DNA from: Prochlorococcus marinus subsp. pastoris str. CCMP1986 | Lineage (GTDB): Bacteria > Cyanobacteriota > Cyanobacteriia > PCC-6307 > Cyanobiaceae | NCBI RefSeq assembly: GCF_000011465.1 | Contig: NC_005072.1 | Location: 330,001 to 362,000 of the forward strand | Reading direction: 5' to 3' | Length of the DNA stretch: 32,000 nucleotides | Shown here: piece after piece, positions 1-9,592 of the stretch | How positions within the stretch are numbered: position 1 is the first letter of the stretch | Layout of the letters: each line of letters opens with the position of its first letter | Notes under the pieces: model-generated | Databases searched by the model: none | Told to the model about the DNA's origin: nothing | The model's input: only the letters and a program-made list of their open reading frames with translations | Translations under genes and position numbers: made by a program

Positions 1-206
1 TCACCAGGGTGATCAACTTTTCTGACGGTAACTTTATCCACTTTTTGGCCATTAAATCTTAAAAGGTCATCACCGGAGAAACTATATCCAAGTCTTTGAG
101 CAATAAGTGCTACATCATCTGCAGTTGCAGAAGAAGTAACCTCTTTTCTTAAATTATCCTCTGACTGCATTTGTTTTAAAAATTTTCTAATTTCAGAGAA
201 ACTCAT
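1..206 (-). CDS. Nif11-like domain protein (partial, runs off the window edge)
   Basis: Manual translation from ATG at 206: MSFSEIRKFLKQMQSEDNLRKEVTSSATADDVALIAQRLGYSFSGDDLLRF...; resembles the Nif11/nitrile-hydratase-like leader domain. Confidence 0.7.
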   Translation of the reverse strand, partial: MSFSEIRKFLKQMQSEDNLRKEVTSSATADDVALIAQRLGYSFSGDDLLRFNGQKVDKVTVRKVDHPG

Positions 207-262
207 TTTAACTTTTATGCATAATTTTATATTAAAGCCTTAGAAAAAAATTAAATTCTTTT

Positions 263-625
263 TTGCAAAGACCAATAAAACTAAATAAACACTATATTAA
301 ATGTATGACTTACTTATTTTTATATGTAGTTGGGATGGTCTTGATATGGTGGATATATCGTGTCGGTTGGGTTGAGGCTTTGAAAACAGTAATTAAAGTT
401 TTAGTTCCTTCAATTCTTATAATTTTATTTAATATCAAAGCAGGAAGATTACTTTTCAAAAATCCTTTAGTTGGATTATTCAGTGCTTTACCAACTTCAA
501 TTTTTATTTATAGGGGTTCCCTTCCAGTCGTGGCATCTATTAATAACTGGATTGATACTAAAAGAAGCAAATATGAAGAATCCAAAGACGTAATTGATAC
601 CGATTCAATTCCTCTAGATGATTAA
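263..625 (+). CDS. hypothetical membrane protein (start may be further downstream)
   Basis: ORF track; hydrophobic segments MTYLFLYVVGMVLIWWIYRVGW. Confidence 0.5.
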   Translation: MQRPIKLNKHYIKCMTYLFLYVVGMVLIWWIYRVGWVEALKTVIKVLVPSILIILFNIKAGRLLFKNPLVGLFSALPTSIFIYRGSLPVVASINNWIDTKRSKYEESKDVIDTDSIPLDD

Positions 626-634
626 TATTTTAAG

Positions 635-1042
635 CTAGTCAAATCCCAGAAATAATTCTTTGTGTACTACAAGAACATCAAATAAAGATGTTCCATGGGA
701 AGGACTTATTGGAATATTATCTACATTTAATGCCTCTGCACAAATTAGATGGCCATCCCATCTTGTATTATGTTCACTCATTCGGATTGACCAATCAATT
801 ACTTTTTTAAAGTGCTCAGGCATCTCAGATCCAATTTTCCTGCATATTTGGCAAAGATTTGTAAGAAGGGGCGGTTTGGATGGCCTTTTTAAATCTTTAA
901 CAAGACTTGGTTGTGTAAATACACTGGTGTATCTGATGTAGTCAATTAATTCATAATCTTCATCTGAAAGTTCTGCTTTATTCAATGCTATTTCAAATTC
1001 TTCTACAGGGGTAATTGGCCTTTTAATTATCTCATTTTTCAT
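635..1042 (-). CDS. conserved hypothetical protein; start chosen at MKNEIIKRP rather than the longer ORF start
   Basis: ORF 635..1153 trimmed because its N-terminus overlaps the TatA-like gene. Confidence 0.5.
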   Translation of the reverse strand: MKNEIIKRPITPVEEFEIALNKAELSDEDYELIDYIRYTSVFTQPSLVKDLKRPSKPPLLTNLCQICRKIGSEMPEHFKKVIDWSIRMSEHNTRWDGHLICAEALNVDNIPISPSHGTSLFDVLVVHKELFLGFD

Positions 1043-1322
1043 TATTATCTGATTCTGATAAATCCTTTTCCTCTGATTCTTTAGTAACTTGATCGAGATC
1101 ATTGGTAAATTTTTTCTGAGGAGATTTTGGTAAATTTTCGCTCTCTGGCTCATTAATTACTTGATCTATCTCGTTTTGAAATTCATTCGATGCTTTTTTT
1201 AAGCTTTTTAATGTTTTGCCAAGTTGTTTTCCTAATTCTGGTAATTTCTTGGGACCAAAAATTAATAGAGCTAGAATTAAAATTACTGTTACTTCTGGTA
1301 AACCTACCCCAAAGATATTCAT
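1032..1322 (-). CDS. tatA: Sec-independent translocase TatA/B-like protein
   Basis: MNIFGVGLPEVTVILILALLIFGPKKLPELGKQLGKTLKSLKKASNEF: N-terminal TM, FGP(K)KLPELG hinge and amphipathic helix. Confidence 0.85.
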   Translation of the reverse strand: MNIFGVGLPEVTVILILALLIFGPKKLPELGKQLGKTLKSLKKASNEFQNEIDQVINEPESENLPKSPQKKFTNDLDQVTKESEEKDLSESDNNEK

Positions 1323-1770
1323 GATAAAAGTCTATCTAATTCATTATTAAAATCTATTATTAATATAATCTAATGATTTGAAAATATCATTTTATAAACT
1401 CGCTTTGTTACTCTTCAAAGAAGTTTATAAAAAATAATTGTAATTATTACTCCCTTAAAAAAAACTAACCAAAGTAGTTGGTAATCACTTAATTTTAATT
1501 TTTCTTGGTACCACTTAATGAGTATTTTGTGTCCTTTAATTATTCTTTTTATTAATTTCAAAATCTATTTTTTAGATAAGACTAACTTTATATCAAAACT
1601 GTATAGGATGGAAATGATAAATTAATAAATTTTGGTTATCAGTAAGTACAAATTTTTTAAATAAGTAATCACATTAAATCCAAATTATTTTTGGCTTTCT
1701 TATTCTTTTAAAAATTAGCTTTGCATAAATCAAACTAAATTACAAAAATGTAATTAACTTTTTTTTTATA

Positions 1771-2010
1771 ATGAAAATCTTATTATCAGTTTTTTTCTTA
1801 TTTGCCTTTATACCTCCATCAAAGGGAGTTACTACAAAAATGTTTAAAGTATTGGATACTTGTGCTAGATACCGTCTTGGAGAGATTGACGCTAAACAAG
1901 CTATAGAAAAACTAAAATTAAAATCTGTGAATTCTTCCGAAATTGACTTAAAAAATATTGTAAGTAATTACTGTTCTGTATTTACCCCAAATGAAAATAT
2001 AAAATTCTAA
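1771..2010 (+). CDS. small hypothetical protein with signal peptide
   Basis: MKILLSVFFLFAFIPPSKG signal-like N-terminus. Confidence 0.5.
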   Translation: MKILLSVFFLFAFIPPSKGVTTKMFKVLDTCARYRLGEIDAKQAIEKLKLKSVNSSEIDLKNIVSNYCSVFTPNENIKF

Positions 2011-2316
2011 AAATTATTTTTAGAGATCTTAAATTTTTTTATTCCAATTATAATTTTTTAATTTTTCTTTTATTTCATTTACTCTCTTATTGTTAGTAAT
2101 TTTTAAATTAAAAAGTATTCCCAAAAAAAGAATGAGAAATAAAAAACTATATATGGCAAATTCCATAAGAATAGATATATTAAACAACATTAGTAAATTA
2201 GAGGAATCTTTTAGTATCTTTTAGAACAATGTTTGAAAAATTTATCCAAAACTTTGTTGTTTTTGGTCACAGAAAAATAATTATTGCTTCTAAGATAGAG
2301 TTTTATATAAACTATT

Positions 2317-2766
2317 TTGCAGATAGGAGATAAAGTACCACAATTTTCTTTACTAGATCAGAATGGCACTAAAAGGTCAAATAATGGATTAAAAACTCCT
2401 TTAGTTTTGTTTTTCTATCCAAAGGACGACACCCCGGGATGCACTATAGAGGTTTGCGGATTTAGAGACAAGTATGACCTTTTTAAAGTCCTTGGTGCTC
2501 AAGTTTGGGGGGTAAGTAATGGTAGTTCTTCAAGCCACTTGGCATTTGCCAACAAAAATAAATTACAATATCCTTTGCTATGTGATAAAAATGATTCACT
2601 AAGAAAGGCTTTCAAAGTACCAAAAGTACTCGGCTTATTAGATGGAAGAGTTACCTATGTTATTGATAGAAATGGGTTTGTTAAACATATCTTTAGAGAT
2701 TTGTTGAATGGCCCAGAACATATAAAAGAGGCAATAAGAGTGTTAAAGGAAATTCAAAATCAGTAA
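2317..2766 (+). CDS. bcp: peroxiredoxin, PrxQ/BCP family
   Basis: FFYPKDDTPGCTIEVCGFRD catalytic motif. Confidence 0.92.
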   Translation: MQIGDKVPQFSLLDQNGTKRSNNGLKTPLVLFFYPKDDTPGCTIEVCGFRDKYDLFKVLGAQVWGVSNGSSSSHLAFANKNKLQYPLLCDKNDSLRKAFKVPKVLGLLDGRVTYVIDRNGFVKHIFRDLLNGPEHIKEAIRVLKEIQNQ

Positions 2767-2810
2767 ATTAATTATTCAAACCCTTAGAAATTAATATCTT
2801 TTCTTATAGG

Positions 2811-3110
2811 ATGTTTTCTATTAATAAATCAAACTTTATGAAAAAAATAGGGATGCAAGCAGTTGATGAAGCAATTGAAAATGGTATTGACCTAGATGGT
2901 ACTCCAATCCCCTCAAAAATGCTTGAGCTTTACAACAGGATTATGAGCGAAGAAAACAAAAGAGAAAGAAGCGGAGTCAAAAAGTCAATGAGAAATAGAT
3001 GTGTTAAAACAGGCTCTAAGCATTTTGATAAAGAAACTTTAGATCAATTATTAATTGATTCTGGTTGGGAAGGCCTCAAAGAAAAAGAAATTTTATTCTT
3101 CTACAGTTAG
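2811..3110 (+). CDS. hypothetical protein
   Basis: ORF track, 99 aa. Confidence 0.5.
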   Translation: MFSINKSNFMKKIGMQAVDEAIENGIDLDGTPIPSKMLELYNRIMSEENKRERSGVKKSMRNRCVKTGSKHFDKETLDQLLIDSGWEGLKEKEILFFYS

Positions 3111-3116
3111 TAGAAT

Positions 3117-3461
3117 CTACCTAAACCATCCTTTTTTAATCGGAGTCTTTTCTTCTTCTTTTTTAATAGAAGTTATTTTTACAGCTTTTTTAAAAGCCAA
3201 GTTAGCTTCTACTACTGTTATTGTTGATATAAGAAATAAGCCTGATATCCCTATTAATTGTTCTGTTTGACTTGGTTCTTTATCACCTTGCAAAATTATT
3301 CCTATAACAAACCATGCAGTTACTACTCCAGTAGTAATGAAATATGGTAACCATCTTCTCTGATATAGATAACCAGTTCCAACTCCTGGTAAGAAATTTA
3401 GTAGGGATGCGACCCATCCGCTTGAAGAAGCTAATACTTGTTCTTTTGATAATTTATCCAT
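3117..3461 (-). CDS. small multi-TM membrane protein
   Basis: Hydrophobic helices; LLNFLPGVGTGYLYQRRWLPYF. Confidence 0.55.
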   Translation of the reverse strand: MDKLSKEQVLASSSGWVASLLNFLPGVGTGYLYQRRWLPYFITTGVVTAWFVIGIILQGDKEPSQTEQLIGISGLFLISTITVVEANLAFKKAVKITSIKKEEEKTPIKKGWFR

Positions 3462-3465
3462 TTAA

Positions 3466-3570
3466 CTAAGTGTTAATTAAATGAGAATTTATGTAAGCAA
3501 AAGATATGACTGCACAAATTACCCAACTAAAAGGCAAAAACATTCTAATTTTTTCTTGCTTATCTTTCAT
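3466..3570 (-). CDS. tiny single-TM ORF (34 aa)
   Basis: Manual translation MKDKQEKIRMFLPFSWVICAVISFAYINSHLINT*, directly upstream of the 3117..3461 gene. Confidence 0.35.
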   Translation of the reverse strand: MKDKQEKIRMFLPFSWVICAVISFAYINSHLINT

Positions 3571-3634
3571 AACTTTATTATGGAAAAGATTTTATGAATT
3601 CGTGGTTAAAAAAATTTATAAATTAATTATGAAA

Positions 3635-3665
3635 AAAGACGGTTAAAAGTAACCGTCTTTTTAGT
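3635..3665. terminator. rho-independent terminator
   Basis: GACGGTTAAAAGTAACCGTCTTTTT with an A-run on the other side. Confidence 0.7.
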
Positions 3666-3687
3666 AATAATTTTTTTGAAAAAAAAA

Positions 3688-3927
3688 CTATGCTTTTCCT
3701 TTAGTTCCGGAAAGTAATTTAAGCTCATTCTTTACTTCTTTTTCCCTTTCTTCAAGATGTTTTAATTGTGATTTAAAAGCATCTTCAAGTCTTTTTCTTT
3801 GGGTTGTGATTTCATCAAGTTCTTCTTGATGATGGTTTTTCTTGAGTTCTTTCATCTCGGTATCAGAAATAACATATACTGGACGATATGAAGGAGTTTC
3901 AAAAAGAAGATCAAACATTGAATACAT
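3688..3927 (-). CDS. small coiled-coil hypothetical protein
   Basis: ORF track; charged helix-rich 79 aa. Confidence 0.5.
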   Translation of the reverse strand: MYSMFDLLFETPSYRPVYVISDTEMKELKKNHHQEELDEITTQRKRLEDAFKSQLKHLEEREKEVKNELKLLSGTKGKA

Positions 3928-4131
3928 AGTGACCTTTGAATTAAGTACAAATCAAATATCTTACAAATATTTGAATCTTGTAAGGATACAAACCGAAAGA
4001 AATTATACGGCAAATACACCGAATTTCGGTTTACCTAACTAAACCGGCCAGTATTTACCGATCTATTTTTTATTGGTAATGTAATGTACAAGTATATTCG
4101 GATATGAGCTGAGGATGTTTTAGAAATAAAA

Positions 4132-4548
4132 ATGGATTTAATTATTACTTCCAGATTAGTAATTCCTTCAAAAGAATTAAAATGGCGTTTTTCTAGATCA
4201 TCTGGCCCGGGAGGTCAAAAAGTAAATAAAACTAATACTAGAGTAGAAATTATTTTTAATATCGAAGAATCAAAAGTCTTAAATGATTATCAAAAGAAAG
4301 TTTTAACGAAAAAATTGAAAACCAAATTAGTCAATAACTGTATATGTCTAGCCGTCCAGGAAGAAAGGAATCAATTACTTAATAGACAAATAGCTATAAA
4401 AAGAATTAGCTCAGTAATTAGAAATTCCTTAAAAAATTCATCCAAAATTAGAAAAGCTACAAAACCATCTAAAGCTTCTCAAAATAGAAGGCTTGACTCC
4501 AAAAAAAAACGGGGAGAACTAAAAAAGAATCGACAAATAAAATATTAA
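4132..4548 (+). CDS. arfB: RF-1 domain peptidyl-tRNA hydrolase / ribosome rescue protein, ArfB (YaeJ)-like
   Basis: SRSSGPGGQKVNKTNTRVEI contains the GGQ motif; basic C-terminal tail. Confidence 0.82.
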   Translation: MDLIITSRLVIPSKELKWRFSRSSGPGGQKVNKTNTRVEIIFNIEESKVLNDYQKKVLTKKLKTKLVNNCICLAVQEERNQLLNRQIAIKRISSVIRNSLKNSSKIRKATKPSKASQNRRLDSKKKRGELKKNRQIKY

Positions 4549-4654
4549 TTATTTAAATTAATTTTGATGAAAATATTTTCTAACTTTCAATGTCTAAATT
4601 GGATTATTTTATGGATATCTTTGATTTGACTTCTTTTAATTAAATTCCAAATAA

Positions 4655-4903
4655 ATGAAAAAAGAATATGATTTTTGGTTAATTGATTCTAACTCAGTTG
4701 GAGTAATTCGTTTTTATAAAAAAAACGAAAATAAAGAGGATTTGATCGAATTTATGTTTATTGAAGAGGGCCTCGTCATGGGTATTCATGGAGAAAATCC
4801 ACCTTTAATGAAAACAAGAAAAGAAATGAAGATCCAAGATGCAAGATTATTTTGGAAAAAATTAATAAATGAAGGATGGGAAAAAACCAATCCTAAATGG
4901 TAA
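4655..4903 (+). CDS. small conserved cyanobacterial protein, DUF1651-like
   Basis: FWLIDS...ARLFWKKLINEGW pattern. Confidence 0.55.
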   Translation: MKKEYDFWLIDSNSVGVIRFYKKNENKEDLIEFMFIEEGLVMGIHGENPPLMKTRKEMKIQDARLFWKKLINEGWEKTNPKW

Positions 4904-5046
4904 ATAAATTTTCCTTTTAAAATAATTTCAAATTTAGAAAAATAAATTTATTTCTCAAAAACGAATTTTTTTAACTTTAAAATGTTTTCCAATATAAGTC
5001 ACTAAATTTTAAAAAACTAAATTATGAATATATTTTATTTATAAAT

Positions 5047-5214
5047 TTATACGCTTATAAAAGTTCCTTTAGGATATAACTCTGTAATTCTATTCTTTTG
5101 TATAATTTGTCTTTTCTTAAGGTCTTTTTCATATCTATTTAACATCATCAAATAATTAGTAGATCCAAACAAAAACAAAAAAATAATGAATTGAAATCCT
5201 GCCTCTAAGTTCAT
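5047..5214 (-). CDS. small hypothetical protein with N-terminal TM (55 aa)
   Basis: Manual translation MNLEAGFQFIIFLFLFGSTNYLMMLNRYEKDLKKRQIIQKNRITELYPKGTFISV*. Confidence 0.45.
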   Translation of the reverse strand: MNLEAGFQFIIFLFLFGSTNYLMMLNRYEKDLKKRQIIQKNRITELYPKGTFISV

Positions 5215-5405
5215 AATTTTAAATTTAAACTTTATATAAATTTGACAACTTTTTTATAAAAAGCCATCAGTATTTATATCTATTTAAAGGAAATATTAAT
5301 ATCTTTATAAAATTAAAGAATTTTTTTAATGGGATATATAAGTTAATTTATTAATTTTCAATAGCAATTTGTTTGGACAATGCTTAGCATTAAAAAAAAA
5401 CAAAT

Positions 5406-5666
5406 TTGTATAATAATTTATCAGAACAGGCTTTTAATCAACTCCTTTTGCAAATTGCGGGTAAAAAATTAATAGATAGTCTTAATATGATTGATTCAGA
5501 TTCAAAATCAAAAATTGAAAAATGCATAGCTATCACTAATGAAGAATATTCTTATGCATTATCATTGCAGGCTGATTGCGTTCCAGATTCCAAAAGGATG
5601 ATAATTCAAGCTCAAAAAAGATTAGAGGGTCTTGAAGCCTTACTTACTCTTGCGAAATTGATATAA
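5406..5666 (+). CDS. hypothetical protein
   Basis: ORF track, 86 aa. Confidence 0.5.
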   Translation: MYNNLSEQAFNQLLLQIAGKKLIDSLNMIDSDSKSKIEKCIAITNEEYSYALSLQADCVPDSKRMIIQAQKRLEGLEALLTLAKLI

Positions 5667-5686
5667 AATTTAGCTTTTAATTTGAA

Positions 5687-6592
5687 TTATTTGTCATTAT
5701 TCAAATTAATAATCTTGTTTTTGTACTTAAATAAATTATAAAAAAACATCATTATTAATAATGTTATTCCATAAAATCCGCCTAGAGGATTCGTATTTAT
5801 ATTCCCTGGGCCTACTAACCAAATTGGAGCATCTTTTGATATTTCTATTAAACCATTATTCATTAGAAACCATATACCTACGAGCCCTCCATGAAGGCCA
5901 GCGCAACCCCATAAAGAATTCTCATCCTTTATTCTTATAATTGATAACACAATACCAAGTAGAAATAGTCCGAAAAGAATGCTAATCATTTGCCAAAAAG
6001 GCATATCAAATCCAATATGTACAAAACTAAAAACTAATGCTTGAAAAATTAGGCCTTTTTTAAAACCAACTTGATTTTTTAATTCTTCTAAAAGCCAACC
6101 TCTAAAAATGAGCTCTTCTACAAAACCTATTCCAATTATTAAAAGTAGAGAATTTAAAAATATATTAGGAGATACTGTCCCTAACCAATTACCCCATTGA
6201 TTTCTAACAATTGGAATTAAGATTAGTGATAACAAAATAATTGAATACAATAAACCCTTTATAAAATAAAAAAATCTATTTTCTTTCTTATCAATTTTGT
6301 TTATACCTAATTTTACCCATGGATTATTACATCCCCAGCGAATTTCAAACCATTTAGGTATTGAAATAACAAATAATGAGAATGTAAAGATGGTGCCAAT
6401 TAAAGATATATTTTCTTTCCCTATCCCAATAAAAATTAATGGCTTTGCCAGAATCCAACCCAATAGATAAAGAAGAGGTATAAATAAAATTGTTAATATT
6501 ATTCTTGGTCTAAAAATTAAGAAATTTTTAATTATTATTTTTATTGTTTTGAAGATATAGGACATCTTAAGAATGATAATTTTATAAATCAA
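5687..6592 (-). CDS. CPBP family intramembrane glutamic endopeptidase
   Basis: EELIFRGWLLEEL, FSFVHIGFD and GLHGGLVG motifs, multi-TM. Confidence 0.85.
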   Translation of the reverse strand: MIYKIIILKMSYIFKTIKIIIKNFLIFRPRIILTILFIPLLYLLGWILAKPLIFIGIGKENISLIGTIFTFSLFVISIPKWFEIRWGCNNPWVKLGINKIDKKENRFFYFIKGLLYSIILLSLILIPIVRNQWGNWLGTVSPNIFLNSLLLIIGIGFVEELIFRGWLLEELKNQVGFKKGLIFQALVFSFVHIGFDMPFWQMISILFGLFLLGIVLSIIRIKDENSLWGCAGLHGGLVGIWFLMNNGLIEISKDAPIWLVGPGNINTNPLGGFYGITLLIMMFFYNLFKYKNKIINLNNDK

Positions 6593-6638
6593 TAAAAAAG
6601 AATAAAATAAAACTAGTTTTCAGTTTATTTGTAATGAT

Positions 6639-7472
6639 TTAATTTACTATAGTTTCATTTGGAAGAATTATTCGTTTTTCTTTTATTGAGAAATTTTTTG
6701 GAACTATAAATTCTTTTTTTGAAGTTGATAGAAAAGACGCCCACCATGAAAAAGTACTGTTACTTAGGATTGCTAATTTTGAAGATCTGATGAGATTAAA
6801 ATCATTTTTAATGGAATAAGAATCTAACAGTTGTATTTTTAAACCAACAAAACATTTTTTGATTTCTTTTAAAATTGCTTTTCCATATATTTGATCTTCA
6901 GAAATTAATTTGAAAGAATAATATCCCTTTGATATGGCGTAACTTATTGATTTTTTATAGTACTCAAAATTACAAATATTCAAGTTTGGTATTTTGAGGA
7001 AGTCACCACCCCTTAAATGAATGACTACATCGTTTTTGCAAACTTGAAGACATTCTTTATTAAGTTCTATTGGCTTTAACTTTAACGGCATAAATGCATC
7101 TTTTAAACTATTGTATGTCCAGTTTTGGTTGAAATATCCATCTAAAAATAATATTTTTTTTATAGAAGAACGATTATTTCTTAAACTGAAATTTCTATCA
7201 TTAATACTTATAAATGGTATATAGCTCCCCAATCTTATGGAGGCGGATGTTTTAGCAATAATTTGCGTTGTTAAATTTAAATTATGTGAATTATCAAAAC
7301 ATAGCCAATTAGGTCTTACAAAAATATAATCTAAACAATTAATTCTTTTAGGAACATGAATATCTCCTAAGAAAGAAATAATTACTTTTTCTCTTCGATT
7401 TCTATATTTCAAGCAAGCAGCTATCTGGAACAGTTGGTTGCCCAGTCCACCTACTATTCGTGAAAAAAGCAT
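6639..7472 (-). CDS. glycosyltransferase family 11 (alpha-1,2-fucosyltransferase-like)
   Basis: MLFSRIVGGLGNQLFQIAA, VVIHLRGGDF, LAILSNSTFSWWASFL. Confidence 0.87.
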   Translation of the reverse strand: MLFSRIVGGLGNQLFQIAACLKYRNRREKVIISFLGDIHVPKRINCLDYIFVRPNWLCFDNSHNLNLTTQIIAKTSASIRLGSYIPFISINDRNFSLRNNRSSIKKILFLDGYFNQNWTYNSLKDAFMPLKLKPIELNKECLQVCKNDVVIHLRGGDFLKIPNLNICNFEYYKKSISYAISKGYYSFKLISEDQIYGKAILKEIKKCFVGLKIQLLDSYSIKNDFNLIRSSKLAILSNSTFSWWASFLSTSKKEFIVPKNFSIKEKRIILPNETIVN

Positions 7473-7577
7473 TTTTCGAGAAGAATAATGAATTTAACTT
7501 CTTAAAAAGAAAATATTATTTGAGATTTTTAATTACTAAATCTAATATAAAGTAATTAAAGAATATAATATCAGTAA

Positions 7578-8342
7578 TTGAAAAAAATAATAGATCAAAA
7601 AAGAACAACCCTTCTATTTAATATTGTTGTTCCTGTCTTTAATTCAGAGAAATATATAGAAAGATGCCTTAATTCAATAGTAAAACAATCATATAAAAAA
7701 TTTCAAGTACAAGTGGTTGATGATTGTTCTAGTGATTCTTCTTATGAGATTGCATACTCTATATGCGAACAGAATAAAAATTTCAAACTTTTTAGGAATA
7801 ATAGAAGAATTGGTGCATTAAACAATATATTCAACTTACTTCATACAAAGGTAAAAGAACCTTCAAAAACTATAGATGTGATAATTGATGGAGATGATTA
7901 TTTATATAGCAGTGATGTACTTAATGTTATTGAGGAAAAGTATTTTAAAACAAATTGCTTAATTACTTATGGTTCTCATGTATCATCCAAAGGTGTTCAA
8001 GGGAAAAAATATCCTAGATTCATTAGGGAATTTAATTTATTTAGAAAATACTTTTGGTACGCTTCCCATTTAAAAACATTTAGACATGATTTATGGTTAT
8101 CTATTAATCCTCAAGATTTTCTTAATAAGAATCGAGAATACTTTTCTGTGGCATCGGATTTAGCAATAATGTTCCCAATGCTAGAAATGGCGGGAAATAG
8201 ACAAGAGTTTATAAGTGAAATTCTCTATTGTTACAACGATAAAAATCCCATAAGCGATCATAAGATAAGAAGAAAAGAGCAAATATTATCAGCAAAAGAG
8301 ATAAGGCAAAAAAAAAGATATAATAGGAGAATTTTTAATTAG
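7578..8342 (+). CDS. family 2 glycosyltransferase
   Basis: FNIVVPVFNSEKYIERCLNSIVKQSYKKFQVQVVDDCSSDSS. Confidence 0.9.
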   Translation: MKKIIDQKRTTLLFNIVVPVFNSEKYIERCLNSIVKQSYKKFQVQVVDDCSSDSSYEIAYSICEQNKNFKLFRNNRRIGALNNIFNLLHTKVKEPSKTIDVIIDGDDYLYSSDVLNVIEEKYFKTNCLITYGSHVSSKGVQGKKYPRFIREFNLFRKYFWYASHLKTFRHDLWLSINPQDFLNKNREYFSVASDLAIMFPMLEMAGNRQEFISEILYCYNDKNPISDHKIRRKEQILSAKEIRQKKRYNRRIFN

Positions 8343-8403
8343 TTATTTATATTATTTTAACTTTTCCGAACTAGTACTTTATGAATAATTTGTTTTATAA
8401 AAT

Positions 8404-8556
8404 TTAACTTTTTGCTAACTCTATTACCTCCGATATTTTTTGCGTTAGATGAGATAAATCTCTATAAAATTTTCTGGTAATTTTATCTTCTTCTTCGCTA
8501 GGCCAAAGTAAATTGGAACCTTCTTCATATTCTTCATGGTATCTTTTTTTATTCAT
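8404..8556 (-). CDS. small hypothetical protein (50 aa)
   Basis: Manual translation MNKKRYHEEYEEGSNLLWPSEEEDKITRKFYRDLSHLTQKISEVIELAKS*. Confidence 0.45.
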   Translation of the reverse strand: MNKKRYHEEYEEGSNLLWPSEEEDKITRKFYRDLSHLTQKISEVIELAKS

Positions 8557-8670
8557 TTTTTTTGCATATCTAAACAATGTAAATTCTACTTATTGCCAAT
8601 ACTTAAAAGTATTCTTTATTGAGTTTGTATATTTATTTAAATGTAAATGGAACTTAATTTCAAGACTTTA

Positions 8671-8736
8671 ATGTTTACAGCATTATCTCCAATACTCATT
8701 GTTGCTGCAATTCTTGTGGTTTATTTATTTCATTAA
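8671..8736 (+). CDS. 21-aa single-TM microprotein candidate
   Basis: MFTALSPILIVAAILVVYLFH*. Confidence 0.4.
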   Translation: MFTALSPILIVAAILVVYLFH

Positions 8737-8777
8737 GTTCAATTTTGTTATCTAGAAATTTCTAATTTAAATAATTT

Positions 8778-8873
8778 TCAAGGGTGAATAATCCCAGTTT
8801 TTTCTAAAAGAAAGGATAAAATTGCTATTACAGCCATAACTGTAAGGATCTTGTTCTTATTGATGAAATCCAT
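8778..8873 (-). CDS. 31-aa single-TM microprotein candidate
   Basis: MDFINKNKILTVMAVIAILSFLLEKTGIIHP*. Confidence 0.35.
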   Translation of the reverse strand: MDFINKNKILTVMAVIAILSFLLEKTGIIHP

Positions 8874-9038
8874 GTTAGATATAGATAATTAGTAACTAGT
8901 GCTCTTTCTAAAGTTAAGCTTATTTGGTTTTATATTCAATTATTTAAAAAAACAAATTACATTAATGAAAATTTTCATAAATAATGATACTAAATTGTAA
9001 ATTACATTTAAATTTAGTTTAAAGATTATTTTAATTTT

Positions 9039-9380
9039 ATGGATAAAAAAGGAGCAAAAGGCTATTGGATATCAACAGCAAAAATAATTAATCAGGAATT
9101 ATTTGATGAGTATGTAAATAAAGTTGCTCCATGGCTAAAAGAAGTTGGTGGGGAAGTATTTGCAAAAGATATAGAACCATTAGGAAAGGAACGAACTGAG
9201 GATTCTAATTTAGCTGTTATTTGTGAATTTCCTTCCATGAGGGTAGCAGTTGAAGCTTTTGAATCTGAAGAATATAGAGAACTTTCAAAGTTGAGAAGAA
9301 AAGCAACTGAGAATTCTACCTTTACAATAATGGAAGGTTTAGATGAAGCTGCAAAATTAAGAAGAGCGATGGGGAAATAA
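9039..9380 (+). CDS. DUF1330-family (dimeric alpha/beta barrel) protein
   Basis: GYWISTAKIINQELFDEYVNKVAPWLKEVGGEVFAKD...AVEAFESEEYREL. Confidence 0.75.
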   Translation: MDKKGAKGYWISTAKIINQELFDEYVNKVAPWLKEVGGEVFAKDIEPLGKERTEDSNLAVICEFPSMRVAVEAFESEEYRELSKLRRKATENSTFTIMEGLDEAAKLRRAMGK

Positions 9381-9447
9381 TTTGTTATTCATAATTTCTG
9401 TGATTTCTATATATAGTGATTAATAAGAGAATATTTACAAGAAATTA

Positions 9448-9589
9448 ATGGAACAAAGCTATGTTGGAGATTTAATACCCTCTATAAACTCCTATAAGGA
9501 AATTATTGATCAATACGAAAGAGGTTTAAAAAAAAGGAGAATTTTATGAGGAGCAAATTGGAGAAGATTTAATTTATCCAGATTGGTAA
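9448..9589 (+). pseudogene. small ORF split across an A8 tract (frameshifted, or expressed by slippage)
   Basis: Frame 0 gives MEQSYVGDLIPSINSYKEIIDQYERGLKKRRIL*; with seven As it reads through to ...GLKKGEFYEEQIGEDLIYPDW*, ending 3 nt before the next ATG. Confidence 0.4.
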
Positions 9590-9592
9590 AAA

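Noticed and set aside
660-941. Plus-strand ORF MCTTRTSNKDVPWEG
   Set aside because: Antisense to the better supported minus-strand ORF at 635..1042
3055-3270. Plus-strand ORF of 71 aa
   Set aside because: Antisense to the multi-TM protein gene 3117..3461, no family resemblance
3842-4042. Plus-strand ORF of 66 aa
   Set aside because: Overlaps the start of 3688..3927 on the other strand and intergenic repeats; composition not convincing
4030-4080. AACCGGCCAGTATTTACCGAT as a third copy of the palindrome element
   Set aside because: Resembles the palindrome but has imperfect arms and no downstream SD-MIDSPPE segment; kept only as a weak possible relic
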